64,000 nt of DNA. It comes from Bugula neritina. Its lineage: Eukaryota > Animalia > Bryozoa. Location: positions 23,469,319 through 23,533,318 of the forward strand of contig OZ037768.1 in the NCBI GenBank assembly GCA_964035545.1, in the 5' to 3' direction. Shown one piece after another: positions 51,201 through 63,571 of this stretch. Every line of letters begins with the position of its first letter. Position 1 is the first letter of the stretch. The notes under the pieces were generated by a model, which had not been told where the DNA came from, ran no database searches, and worked only from the letters and a program-made list of their open reading frames with translations. Position numbers and translations under genes: made by a program.

Positions 51201-54200
51201 TAGCTTGGAACTTGCTATCAATGCTTCTACAGATTCTAAGGTAAGGAGAGATCTACCAGATTTCAATGTGGAAATTTAGAGGATCTTGAATTATATAGAA
51301 TTATTTTATAAAAACAAAGTAATATCACATATACATGCATCTATGTATTTGTACAATGCAGGTATAACAATAATAAAAACAAATTATGATACAGAATTAA
51401 TTTTAATTTCAAAGATTAAATTATCGAATAAAAGTAAGATTACTGAAGCTAATTACAGTAAGGTTTACACAAAATATGATATTAGCTAATCGATGTTACA
51501 TATATAATAGTATATATTGGTATTATATAATTAAAATAAAGTATCTATATTGACATATCGGATATTTACAGACATTTTCACATAAAATAGCATGCACAAT
51601 CATATACGTGTGTGGAATATGAATTCTAAAGAGAGAGGGAGATGATTGCTAAATAACTACTTGTAGACTATATGCAGAAATTTTGCAAATAGCTAAATTG
51701 CAAGTTGATGAATAGACACTAAAACATTACATAAATATACTCAAAAGCTTTAAAAATATTAAATAACTTTTAATTTCGGTCATCTTAACAGTTTGTGAGA
51801 GACAATTTAGCTTTAGTCAATATAGAGAATGATTTTTACTGTCAAGTAAATGAAGTTAAGGCAGTGAATTGTATAATATCATATACTATATTCAATTTAA
51901 TCTATAAGATAGAGGTATATACAAGAACAGAGTGCAATGTGGGAGTTTTCTATACCTGTGCAGTGTTGAAGGAAAACAGCTACAAACAACCAATCAGAAG
52001 ATACAAAAATAAAGGAAAATAATGAAAGGAATTAGTTGCAGCTCATAATTAACAATATTCACAACTATTATTACAATGAACAGGTAAAATACAAAATATA
52101 AATATCAGACTATGAAAAAAATTAGAAAAGTTGCTTTAAAGTTCATTCTTGTAACTAAAAAGTTGTGCATGCTGCATTGCCTTACATTACATGAGGAGAC
52201 AAATATCATTTCACATTCCCTTCGTGTCCATTGACTATTATTAAGCTTTGTACATATTTTTAATTTAACTTCAACAGAATAATATATTTATAAACCAACA
52301 ATTTTCATATCAACCTTTGGTAAAACTACTTGACTTTAAATTGCATATGATACTTTAAATGCTCATATGTTAAATCCTAATCATATATAATATATGATTA
52401 TATAATGTAATATATATTGTAATAATATATAATATATACACTATATACTATTACATTATATATTATTATAATATTACTATATACATTACATTATGTTTCA
52501 CTAATATTTGTATTAGTATATATTATTATTTTAATATATATTATATTATATAATATATTATGAATAAAGCATAAAAAAGCAATCACTCCTACATCATAGC
52601 CCGAGAACAGAGAGTGAAACTAACCGTAGGTACTAGATCTGGGTCTGTGTTATATATTAGAGCTAGTTGTATGCTAATAGACTGTAGGAGTAGTCTAACG
52701 TTCTGTGACTCACTGGTGATGCCACAAGATCTGAATATCACAGCCGGAGATGCTCTACAAACATATGACTGACTGTCTATATACTGTCTATATACTGTCT
52801 ATAAACTGTATATAAACTGTCTATAAACTGTCTATAAACTGTGTATAAACTCTCTATAAACTACCAAAAACTTAACTCATCCTAACATCTTGTTATTATG
52901 TGTAAACTTTTACTATTTATTCACGAAAAAACCAAAGGAAAAGAAACACTATGAATATAAATAAAATCAATATTAACTAAATTATTTATTATTCAATTCA
53001 ATTTAAAATAATATCTAAACCAGGATTTTTAAAGAACCTTTTTAAACAATTTTGCGTACAATCACACAGCCACAACATAGCAGAAAGGTAATTGCCTCAC
53101 AAAAAGTTCTTCTTTAAATAACATACTATATCAATAGAGTTGTTCCATTTTTCCCATTTATTTTGACCATCCTTTGAAAGACAGATAATATGACTATGAT
53201 TATATATTCTCTAGCAATACAGAAGTTGTCGCAAACATTGGAAACCAGAATTGCATGAAGAATAACAGAGAAAGTGCTTGCAAATACAATATAAGACAAA
53301 ATACTAACTCTACCTGTCTTTGTAGTATCTACAATACAGCAAAGAATGTTCATTTTAGTCTAAACCTTAGATTCAACCAGCTATACCCTGGAGTTGATAA
53401 TATATAAGACTAAAGTCACGTAAGCTGTTGATAAATTTGTTGATGCAGTTAGAAGGTCTTATGCCATCAGCACGTCTGTTTATTTCATTAGTAAATTGGA
53501 GATTTTGTCTCAGCTGACACAGCATAAGGAGATGTGAGTCAGAAAACGCAATGCAAGAGGACAAAAAGGCGGCCATTAGTGCAGTGTATGAGATTCAATA
53601 TGTCATCTCCTTATGTACCAGATCGAATAGATATTCTGCAGAGAAACAAGCCCCATGTTGATTAGAAAAACAGTTACAGTGTTAAACTTTCTAATGATGC
53701 TTAAAAGTGCAAAGTGGCAAAAGACTTTAAAATGATTTTAGCAAAAGAAACTTTAATTACAATGACTGCATATTAGATATATAATAGATATAATAATTTA
53801 AATACATGTTTAATAAGAAGCCAATAAGATTTGAACCCTCAGTTAATGGTAATTCGTACACCAGAGATGAGTCGCTAGCTAGATATGAGTCATCAATCAA
53901 AGATGAGTCATTAACTAGTCTGATACTTACTGCTTACACCACTTCTGACAGTCTCTGGCTGCTCTGCAGACTAAACTCTTGCGACCCATTCCAGTCTTAC
54001 CATATATGGTCAATGGAAGTTGTGAGTCAGAACGTAAATACTCCTTGATCTGTTGCAGAAGTTCCTGCCTACCATGAAAACTTCGCGCCCTGAAAATTAA
54101 GTTAAAAAGCTCTAAAATGTAGTTGATACTTATCAAATGCCAAGTAACATTTCAACATCTGCACATATGTTCTGGTTAAAGTTGTACATAAATTCTCTAA

Positions 54201-57200
54201 TCTTTTTGAGAAATAAGCTTATTTCTGTTGAATAACATTTCTCTATCTACAGTAGATTGAGAAATAGACATATAATTTTGTTTAATAATTCAACATAGAT
54301 TCAATTTGAATAGAGTCAGTAAACATTGTTCAACAAGCACATTATAATATTTGTTTTTGAAGACCAAATACATTCTATTTTGGCAGAATGAATACATACT
54401 GACCTTTGCTGACAAAAGGTAACATGCTGTATGACCTCCACATACAGATTTCTCTCATGAGGGTTTGTAGGAATTGTCTCCTTCTCCTCCTCAAACATCT
54501 CAGACAGACTCTTTCTCACCAGATGGTTGATTCTGTCCACCAGCTTCTCTAGATACAGCATGTGGTTCCGGAGTAGCTCCGGGGCAAACCCCTCTTTGAT
54601 CCAGTCCAACCCGAATGTCTCCCGGTTTGTCTTCGGCATCTAGACGGAGTTCGAATAGTTTGAAGCTCGGCAACTTATTTGTATTTACACTTGCACAGAG
54701 CTTTAGGTTTAACATACAATCTGTACTGCTAGGGGGGGGTAAAAGACTTGGAAGTATGTTGCTATTACAATTTACAACTGAGCTACTGTAGGATTATGAT
54801 AAATAAGTTTTATTGGGCACAGAACATGTTAGATAGTTGAGTAGTACAGAGAGAGGGAGGGAAATCAGTATATACATAAAACAGTAGCTATTGAACTGAA
54901 AGCTGTTCATAGTTTTTCCTCTCAAAGCTTGTCTAGCAATAATACAACACCTAATAATTATACTACACATCCAACCTTAAGAGGTTTTTGGTTTTAAACA
55001 TTTGAAATGTGTTAAATGTATCAATACAAATACTATGATAGTAATAATTTAGCTGCTACAGTACTTTGAAAGTCATTCCGTATAAAATAATTTTGCCCCT
55101 ACTGGGGTTTGAACCCAAGACCTCCGGCTTGCAGGCTAGCGCGCTAACCATTGCACCACAGGGACTACCAGGTAAACTCAACCCTATAACACTCAAGAAT
55201 CAAAAACCAGTTAGTGAGTTACACAAGAAAGATGAAAAGAAATAAAAAGTTACCTCTCTGAAATTCTTTAGTTGTTCATTTAACTCTATCATTCGTAACT
55301 TTTTGGATTGTTCAGTCTCAATGAACTTTTGCGCCATCTCGTCTGCTTCATTGATTCCTTCAAACTGCTTTGTGAACCAGCAGATGCGGCCAGGAGAGAA
55401 CTGGTTGTGTCTAATACCAGCCTCGATCTCTAACTCTAGCACTGCAACAAATATGTCTTCGAAATAGTCACCACTCGTTACTTTTAGGTGCAGTAATGGA
55501 GAAACTTTTTGCCGAAATTTTTTTAATTTAGTTTATAAATTTCAGTTTTGGGCATGAGTAGAAAGAACATAAATTTATTACATTTTTTATTTAGAACACA
55601 GGCTTTTCACAATTTTTCTATTACTGCCCATCAATTGCTGGCTATATATATAGTCATTTGATCTATATACCTTATTATGCCAGCTATTATATTTTTTAGT
55701 CTTCTAAGTTTCTTATCAAAGCATAAGTACAAAATTTTTCGTTGACTACAAATTAGTAAATAAAGATCTCTTCTAATTATAACCAAATCTTTTGATTTGA
55801 AATTTTTCAAGGAAAGAACAATTATCTTTTCAGACAGAAGGAGATTTTTGATCTCATATGCAGTGTTTCTACAAATATCCCTTACATGACATGTGATATT
55901 TCTACAGATATCCCTTACATAACATGTGATATTTCTACAGATATCCCTTATATGACAGGTGATGTTTCTACAGATATCCCTTATATGACAGGTGATATTT
56001 CTACAGATATCCCTTACATGACATGTGATATTTCTACAGATATCCCTTACATGACATGTGGTATTTCTGCCACACATCTTCATCGGCTGATAGCTTAGAG
56101 TACTTCTGGAGAACAGAGAGAATGTTCAGAGCTGTCTCATTCCAAGATTTGGTAGCTGGAGCCTTTTTCTTTGGGTCTGTTTTATTGATGTCAGGAAACT
56201 TGGTGCTGAAAGAGAATGACATACCATATAACGGATGCTATCAGTTAGTTGTTAACTTTGGCCTTCAATATGCCAAATAAATTAGGAGTTTTTTCAATTT
56301 TTTACTAAGTAATTACTTTGGTATATCTAAGTTCAACAAACTAAGGTTAGAGGCAACTGTTTGTGTAATAAGCATATATTATAGTGAGTCATGTATGTGT
56401 AATAAGCATATGTTATAGTGAGTCATGTATGTGTAATAAGCATATGTTATAGTGAGTCATGGTGTGTAATAAGCATATATTATAGTGAGTCATGTATGTG
56501 TAATAAGCATATATTATAGTGAGTCATGTATGTGTAATAAGCATATGTTATAGTGAGTCATGTATGTGTAATAAGCATATGTTATAGTGAGTCATGGTGT
56601 GTAATAAGCATATGTTATAGTGAGTCATGTATGTGTAATAAGCATATATTATAGTGAGTCATGTATGTGTAATAAGCATATGTTATAGTGAGTCATGTAT
56701 GTGTAATAAGCATATGTTATAGTGAGTCATGGTGTGTAATAAGCATATATTATAGTGAGTCATGGTGTGTAATAAGCATATATTATAGTGAGTCATGTAT
56801 GTGTAATAAGCATATATTATAGTGAGTCATGTATGTGTAATAAGCATATGTTATAGTGAGTTATGGTGTGTAATAAGCATATGTTATAGTGAGTCATGGT
56901 GTGTAATAAGCAAATATTCTAGTGAGTCATGGGTGTGTAATAAGCATATATTATAGTGAGTCATGGTGTGTAATAAGCATATGTTATAGTGAGTCATGGG
57001 TGTGTAATAAGCATATATTCTAGAGAGTCATGTTTGTGTAATAAGCATATGTTATAGTGAGTCATATATGTGTAATAAGCATATGTTATAGTGAGTTATG
57101 GTGTGTAATAAGCATATTATGTTATAATGAGTCATGGTGTGTAATAAGCATATATTATAGTGAGTCATGGGTGTGTACAGCCAACACCTAACAAACCTAA

Positions 57201-60200
57201 CAAACATGTAAGAGCTTATGGGGATAGTTTGCTTACCTAATTCTCTGCAGACGGTAGACTGCGGGCACAACATTATCATCCCTCCGATACCATTCAGATA
57301 GGACCTGAGGCTTAATTTGCTCTAACTCCTTCTCCTTTTGTCCGATAGATAAGGCGAGCTGCTTGCTATGCTGCTGCCTAGCCTGGGTCTTCTTCCTTTT
57401 GTTACTTTTTTCTTCTGCAAAGAGTCACAGAATCATGCAGACGTTACAAGTCACAAAGTCTTGTGAAATTTAATAGCGTTGTGACAATCTATTTCAATCA
57501 ATTGAACAATATGTTTATTGTATTTTTGAAACTTCTAATAACAGATGTGGTTTAATTTAATGGAACAAAATTGCAATATGCAATTCGAAATTAATTATCA
57601 ACGCAAGTAGCAGTATTTTTGCTACCAGAAAGTCATTCATAGACTTGCAACGATATTTTTGTAGAATAATAAAAAGGGGACAACTGCTGATGCAAACATG
57701 CAACTGCTTGACTAACAGAAGCAAAAGGAAAACATGCACAAAAATATTTTGAAATATGCTCTAGCTTGAAAAGCTTATCAATAAAGTATTTTATAGTGAT
57801 ACTTACACAAGAAACTGGTTCAACACATTAAGTGGAAATTTAGAAAAAGACAATAACAGTAGTACAACTGGTGTAGGGTAGACCTTGTTCTTGAAGGATA
57901 TAAATAATCTCATACCATCGCTTGCATCCACTTGATCCTTTTCTTCATCTAGTTCCTTCTGCTCTTGCAGCAAAGACTCTATAGATGCTTTGAGATTGTT
58001 ATAGTCATTGCTCAAGTCATGGAACATTGTGTCATACTCTTCTGCGTCGATTGTGGGTGGCAGAATGTTGGCGCCCAGACGGCCAGACGTCAACGTCTGC
58101 AAGCAGTTTACTCAAATATAGCCTGTGATTCTTATTCACTACAGAAAGTGTGGCTGGTTATAGGGAATCGGACAAAGAATATTGAGACAAACTTAAAAAA
58201 AATTAATTCTTAGCATCAAGCATGGATTTCGTCTTCATACTTAGATGTTTGTGTTTTGGAGTTACTACAATTCTAAGTACAAATGAGTTCAAACATGCAG
58301 GTGCGCTGCTATAAACATAACTTTGAAATGTTATCCAAACATATCTGTACATGCAAAACCAATGAGCATTGTATTTAATTAGAATAGCAATAGGCATGCA
58401 TATATTGTGTTTAGCTGTCGATTTTATTGGACTTTGTTTGGATATTATGAGAAACTATGCTGTTACATGCAAGAGTATTTTGGTCATGTGGGCATACAAG
58501 CAGAAGACAGATGTGTAGTATCAATGTAGTGGAAGAGTGTGTTAACATTCAAGTATCAGGGGTAGATTAGGACCATATAACCAGGGGTGAGCTAGGGCCA
58601 TATTTAAACCATGGTTAGGGGTGGATTAAGACCATATAGCCATAGTCAGGGGGTTCAGGCCATTTCCCTAGAGTAAGGGGTGGATTATGACATATCCCCA
58701 GAGTAAGGGGTTTAAGACATTTTATTAGAAGGAAAAGAAGAACAAAAAGAAACTTCTAGAAGACGGAGAGTTCTATGACGGAGACAAATGACACTTACTC
58801 GGTTCTCTGATAAGCAGGGGTCGTAAATCTGAAAAGTGTGTCAAGTCATCATATTGAGTATAAAAATAAGAAGTACGGCAGCGATGTGTGAGGCATCACT
58901 ACCATACAATATTCACAGTTTTACTAACTTAACTATTAAGTTTTTTTCCTGGCTATCACAGTTTCTATTGCTTACATTACGTGGTTTTACCAATGAAAGC
59001 ATTGAGTGGCTAACACACATTCATACTTATGCTGTAACTAATTAAAATTTTCCTTGAAATTATTAAAATTGTGCATCTCTGAGTTTTGTACTTAATGAGT
59101 TACAAAACTAATGTCGGCCATGTTTGTTTACCTTTTAATTTTAGTAGCAGTGGTGTATATTTGGGGGCAGTTTTAAAAATCTGATTTGCTTAAAGTTATA
59201 GTTTTTTGAGAGAATTAAAGCGCAAATAAAATTATAAGAGTCAGTGGTTTTTAATCTAATGTGAATAAATGGAATGACGGAAACATATTGGTTGGAAAAA
59301 GGTAGCAAAACTTTCTTAGTTCAATTCATTCATACATCGAAACTAACTTAAATCAAAGGTTTTAAAAATCAAAAGAAACACTTCCTTTCTCAACAAAAAA
59401 CGCACTTAGAACTTAAGCTATCTTCTAATTTATTATTAATTTTAGACTAAGTTCTTACCACAAAGTTGACAGCTCGAGTTTGTTGAGCCTCTGCAACGGC
59501 CCCCATACAGTTGGATATGTATGAGTGGTTATCAAAAGAAACGTTATCCATTGACCAGTGCATGTCGTATATTCGTAGCTCACAGTTGTGTTGTAAACAG
59601 TATTCCTTCAGGTGTGGATATAATTCGGTCATGAGGTATCGCAACTCCCACTTTGTGTCTAGTCAAAGTGATATGGGAATAGTATTACATAGTAATCCCA
59701 ACATAATGAGCATTGGCAAGTTTTAAATCAACACAAGTGCCTTAATTGGCTAAAAATTAAAACTGTAGCATGTCTAACATTTGAGTTAGAAAAAAGGCCT
59801 TTGTTAAATTTGCAAAAATTTCAAACAATACTAAGAAGTTTACCAATTCTATAATTGTGCAACTTATAGCAGCTATAAAGATATTTGCTGTGTCAAATGG
59901 TGCAAACTAAAATTTCAACTATAGGAATGCATTACTATAATACATAGACTGTAGTATATAATTACATATTGTGTCGATACATTATAGAATATAAATATAT
60001 ATTATAATATTATGTAATAATTAAGATTTAAACAAGCAAATGACACACCTATGTAGTGCAGAATACACACCTATGTAGTGCAGAAGACACACTTATGTAG
60101 TGCAGAAGACACACCTATGTAGTGCAGAATATACACCTATGTAGTGCAGAAGACACACCTATGCAGTGCAGAAGACATGCCTATGTAGTGCAGAAGACAC

Positions 60201-63200
60201 ACCTATGTAGTGCAGAATATACACCTATGTAGTGCAGAAGACACACCTATGTAGTGCAGAATATACACCTATGTAGTGCAGAAGACACACCTATGTAGTG
60301 CAGAAGACACACCTATGTAGTGCAGAAGACACACCTATGTAGTGCAGAAGACACACCTATGTAGTGCAGAAGACACGCCTATGTAGTGCAGAAGACACGC
60401 CTATGCAGTGCAGAAGATACACCTATGTAGTGCAGAAGACACACCTATGTAGTGCAGAAGACATACCTATGTAGTGCAGAAGACACACCTATGTAGTGCA
60501 GAAGACACACCTATGTAGTGCAGAAGACACACCTATGTAGTGCAGAAGACACACCTATGTAGTGCAGAAGATACACCTATGTAGTGCAGAAGACATACCT
60601 ATGTAGTGCAGAAGACACACCTATGTAGTGCAGAAGACACACCTATGTAGTGCAGAAGACACACCTATGTAGTGCAGAAGACACACCTATGTAGTGCAGA
60701 AGACACACCTATGCAGTGCAGAAGACACACCTATGTAGTGCAGAAGTCACACCTATGTAGTGCAGAATACACACCTATGCCAGTGTTGCTGATGTACAGA
60801 CAGGCTACTTTGTTGTCCTGAGGACAGCGGATGTTGAGATTTCCTCTCAGAATTCGACTGTGCTTGTCATGGATTGGTAATCTAGAACTTTCTCTAGTCA
60901 TAGGTCTGAGGACAATGTGAGGGGTTGGGACAGGAGATATAGATGGCCCTACCTCTTCGTCCTACAGCATAGTGTAACCCCTCAGGCTATGTATGTGATT
61001 TTTGGGTTGGTTGAAAATTAATGCAATAATAGCCAAATGTATCTAATAAAAAAGATTTTATAAGTTTGCAAAATAATATATTAATATTTAAATACAATAT
61101 AATATTATATTCTATTATATATTTTCTACAACATAATTTAATAGTAACTATACATAATAGTATTACAGTACAGTTATATTGTTATAATATAATATTACTG
61201 TCATGTTGCAATATTATATAATTGACCTCATAATACAAACAAATAATATAATACAAATAACTTTATAAAAAAACCAATGTTATATATTATAATAATAGTA
61301 TCATGTGCTAATATAGTACCTTAAGGACTGCTTACTGTATATAAATTTAAATAAACCAATCAAACAAGGCACAAGCTAAATAAACACAATTATGTAACTT
61401 CAGGCACTTCTTAATACTAAACAAACATGGATTCTGTAATCTTACAGCTACTGTTGATACAAAACTTAATTGCTAATATAAATCTGAGAGAACAAAAACA
61501 AACAGTAGGAAATTTTATCAGCCAATCTAAGCTCCAACTATATCAGTATTCATGTGAATGGAGATTAAGTTTGAATGTAGCAATCAATCTATCAATTAAT
61601 CTACTAAAATTGGGCAGCTGTTAAGACTAAGTTCTACATAAGAAGGTGGGGCCGTGATACACTGTACCAACTAAAAGTGAAACATACTGTGTGTGAGAAA
61701 CTATAGTCGGTTTGAATTTATTGACAAGTATTATTGAGTTTATTTAGTTGAGAGCATTTTCATCAATACTAGTAAATGCAGGATAGAGGCTTAGCACTTA
61801 GAGTACTATTTCTATTGAAATGTGGCACATTTTCTACAGAATTGGCATCATGAATATTTCATATTGAGAAGCTGGGCCACTGTTTATACAGCAAACTAAT
61901 CGAATCTGGAGTGTTAGATGTGTGAGAGAATTCGTAGCAACAATTTCCTGCATTAATTGAGTATTTGCAATACAAAAGTATCAGCTTAAGGCATTAATAG
62001 AATATAGCTTTACATGCAAATTCATCACACAGTGAGACTGCGATTGTGCTGGTATATTCATACATTGAAGAGGCTATCAAGAATTGTAGCACTATTCATA
62101 AAGCTACTAGTGATGCATAGAAGATATTTTCAGTAATGAAAGAATTAAATAAGAATGGAATTCTATATCATTGCTATTACATTATTTTATGTTATAGTAT
62201 TTATTGTATTATCCTCTGTTATTTTATATCTTCTTATATTGTATTAAGTTATATTATGATGCACTAAAATTAATTATATCATATTTTGTTACATATTATT
62301 ATATTATATTATGTATTACAATATATTGTATTATGTTATATTATGCTATATTATGTTATATTATATAACATTATATTATGTTATATTGTATAATTAAATT
62401 ATACTAAATGTATTAAATTATATTAACACTTAATAAGAATAAAGTCTTATACATTGGTTAGTTTGAAAATAAATTTACAACTGATTGTCTGAGAAAAAGT
62501 AGTTGAAGACTAGATGTAGCCGTTGTATGTTTCTTTGAACAGCATATATACAGAAGAGCACAGGCTAAGGCTTACCTCAGTAACTCCATTACTAATAGTA
62601 AGTCTTTCTAGCTCGGGTTCCACATCTTCCTTTATGTTGTCCTGAGGATCTGCCTTCTCCCGTTGTGAATATTTTGAGCTTTCTCTGCTTGTGTTTATGA
62701 GTATTCCTAGATGGGAATATAATATATTAGTTGGTAGATGTCAATGAAACCATAGACATCATTGCTCATAGACTTTTAACTTTTAGATAATATTTTAAAA
62801 GAATTTTATCTCTTGTAAACTATGTATAAATTACTTAATAAGATGCAATATATGTTCTCAACTTTTCATTCAATACCACATCTGTATATATGTAACGCTT
62901 CAAGTACCTATACTAAATAATTGACAATAAGGAGCAAGTTTCAGCAGACGTATCAGCAGACGTACCTGTTGAGTCATCTTTGACTTCTTCAGATTGAGCA
63001 AGTTTGTCAGCACCAGTCACTGCAACATCCTCTTCGCTCTCCTCTGCTATGTCTGCAATGTTGTCTCCATTGATGTCTTCACTTAGTTGTAGAGAGGAAG
63101 TGATGTCAGGTAATGGCTCCAGAGATCCTACGCCTACCAGAGTATGAATGTGACAATTATGGCCGAAGTGTGAAACTTTAAATATACTTATACGCAGCAA

Positions 63201-63571
63201 GATGGCAGTCAATACATTATAACTTTATTGTAGATTAATATAGTAGTAATTAAATAATTATTTATTTAATAAAAAATTTGGAGTTGTACCAATAAATTTG
63301 TTCTCATTAACTTTATCTTTTGGACACAAATATATTCAAAGAAAATTGATTAAAAGTGAAAAAACTTTTTGAGTGGAAAATTAAAATAAAGTTTACCGAT
63401 TTCTGCTTTCAGTAAATCTCCATTAGCCTGTAGAGGCTGTAGTTGAGGCTTAGAAGTGGTGCGTTTGGGTCGAGTTTTAGTGGCTGGGGTGAAGGCCACT
63501 CGGTCGCCATATTCATTGTATCTCTGGAAGATGTCTCTGTGAACTTCTGCAGACGGCTGAGCCGGCGTCTG
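39289..63571 (-). CDS. NACHT and WD repeat domain-containing protein (NWD1/NWD2-like; DUF4062/TIR-like, NACHT, WD40); 5' partial
   Basis: 27 core phase-consistent GT-AG exons: 63571-63397, 63133-62966, 62706-62576, 60961-60775, 59658-59459, 58096-57916, 57414-57237, 56205-56051, 55441-55254, 54639-54404, 54089-53931, 52754-52625, 50898-50799, 50298-50135, 49802-49603, 49436-49268, 49043-48882, 47863-47414, 47046-46926, 46693-46518, 45519-45338, 45228-44595, 44267-44063, 42501-42301, 42078-41827, 41391-41213, 39786-39289. NWD-family motifs: ELYPHLKEYC..YDMHW, EWYRRDDNVVPAVYRLQ, LYVEVIQHVTFC, FHGRQELL, LIIVIDSVDQL, LPWMPKELPPHVKVI, LEKDHGEPLVRRALGYITASRKG, YNKRALNELPYH, and GH..WD repeats. Confidence 0.93.
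47085..47410. repeat. AT-rich 16-bp-like satellite filling a 367-bp NWD intron
   Basis: TATACATATAGTAATA-like units between exon boundaries 47046 and 47414. Confidence 0.9.
48541..48887. repeat. 17-bp minisatellite (about 20 copies), each copy containing a 5' splice site
   Basis: Gene-strand unit GACAGA|GTGAGTAGTGT (or GTAAGT); the first copy is the true donor at 48882. Confidence 0.93.
52770..52862. repeat. 11-bp-like TGTCTATAAAC repeat beside an NWD acceptor
   Basis: Units ACTGTCTATAT/AA starting about 15 nt from the exon boundary at 52754. Confidence 0.8.
55094..55165 (-). tRNA. tRNA-like element (Cys-GCA-like pseudogene or tRNA-derived SINE head) in an NWD intron
   Basis: GTCCCTG-TG-GTGCAATGGTTAGCGC-G-CTAGC-CTGCAA-GCCGG-AGGTC-TTGGGTTCAAACCCCAG-TAGGGGC-A folds as a cloverleaf with A box (TGGTGCAATGG) and B box (GGTTCAAACCC). 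However, the anticodon loop is 6 nt and the anticodon stem has an A-C mismatch. Confidence 0.6.
55866..56068. repeat. 33-bp minisatellite (about 6 copies) duplicating exon end plus donor
   Basis: Gene-strand unit AGAAATATCACATGTCAT|GTAAGGGATATCTGT; the true donor is at 56051. Confidence 0.92.
56363..57175. repeat. 33-34-bp minisatellite (about 24 copies) carrying TGAGTCA in most units
   Basis: GTGTAATAAGCATATATTATAGTGAGTCATGTAT and variants; ends about 60 nt from the donor at 57237. Confidence 0.95.
60044..60779. repeat. 22-bp minisatellite (about 33 copies); each unit reads GT...AG on the gene strand
   Basis: Gene-strand unit GTGTGTCTTCTGCACTACATAG; the array begins exactly at the donor CATAG|GTGTGT (60775). 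Confidence 0.95.

Noticed and set aside
55631-56098. Cys-rich repeat ORF (CRNITCHVRDI)n
   Set aside because: 33-bp minisatellite read in a frame different from the NWD exon; no independent start or splice support.
60044-60779. Regular repeat arrays (also 56363-57175, 31487-31952, 48541-48887) as CRISPR arrays
   Set aside because: Units are head-to-tail with no unique spacers, there are no cas genes, and the context is eukaryotic introns.
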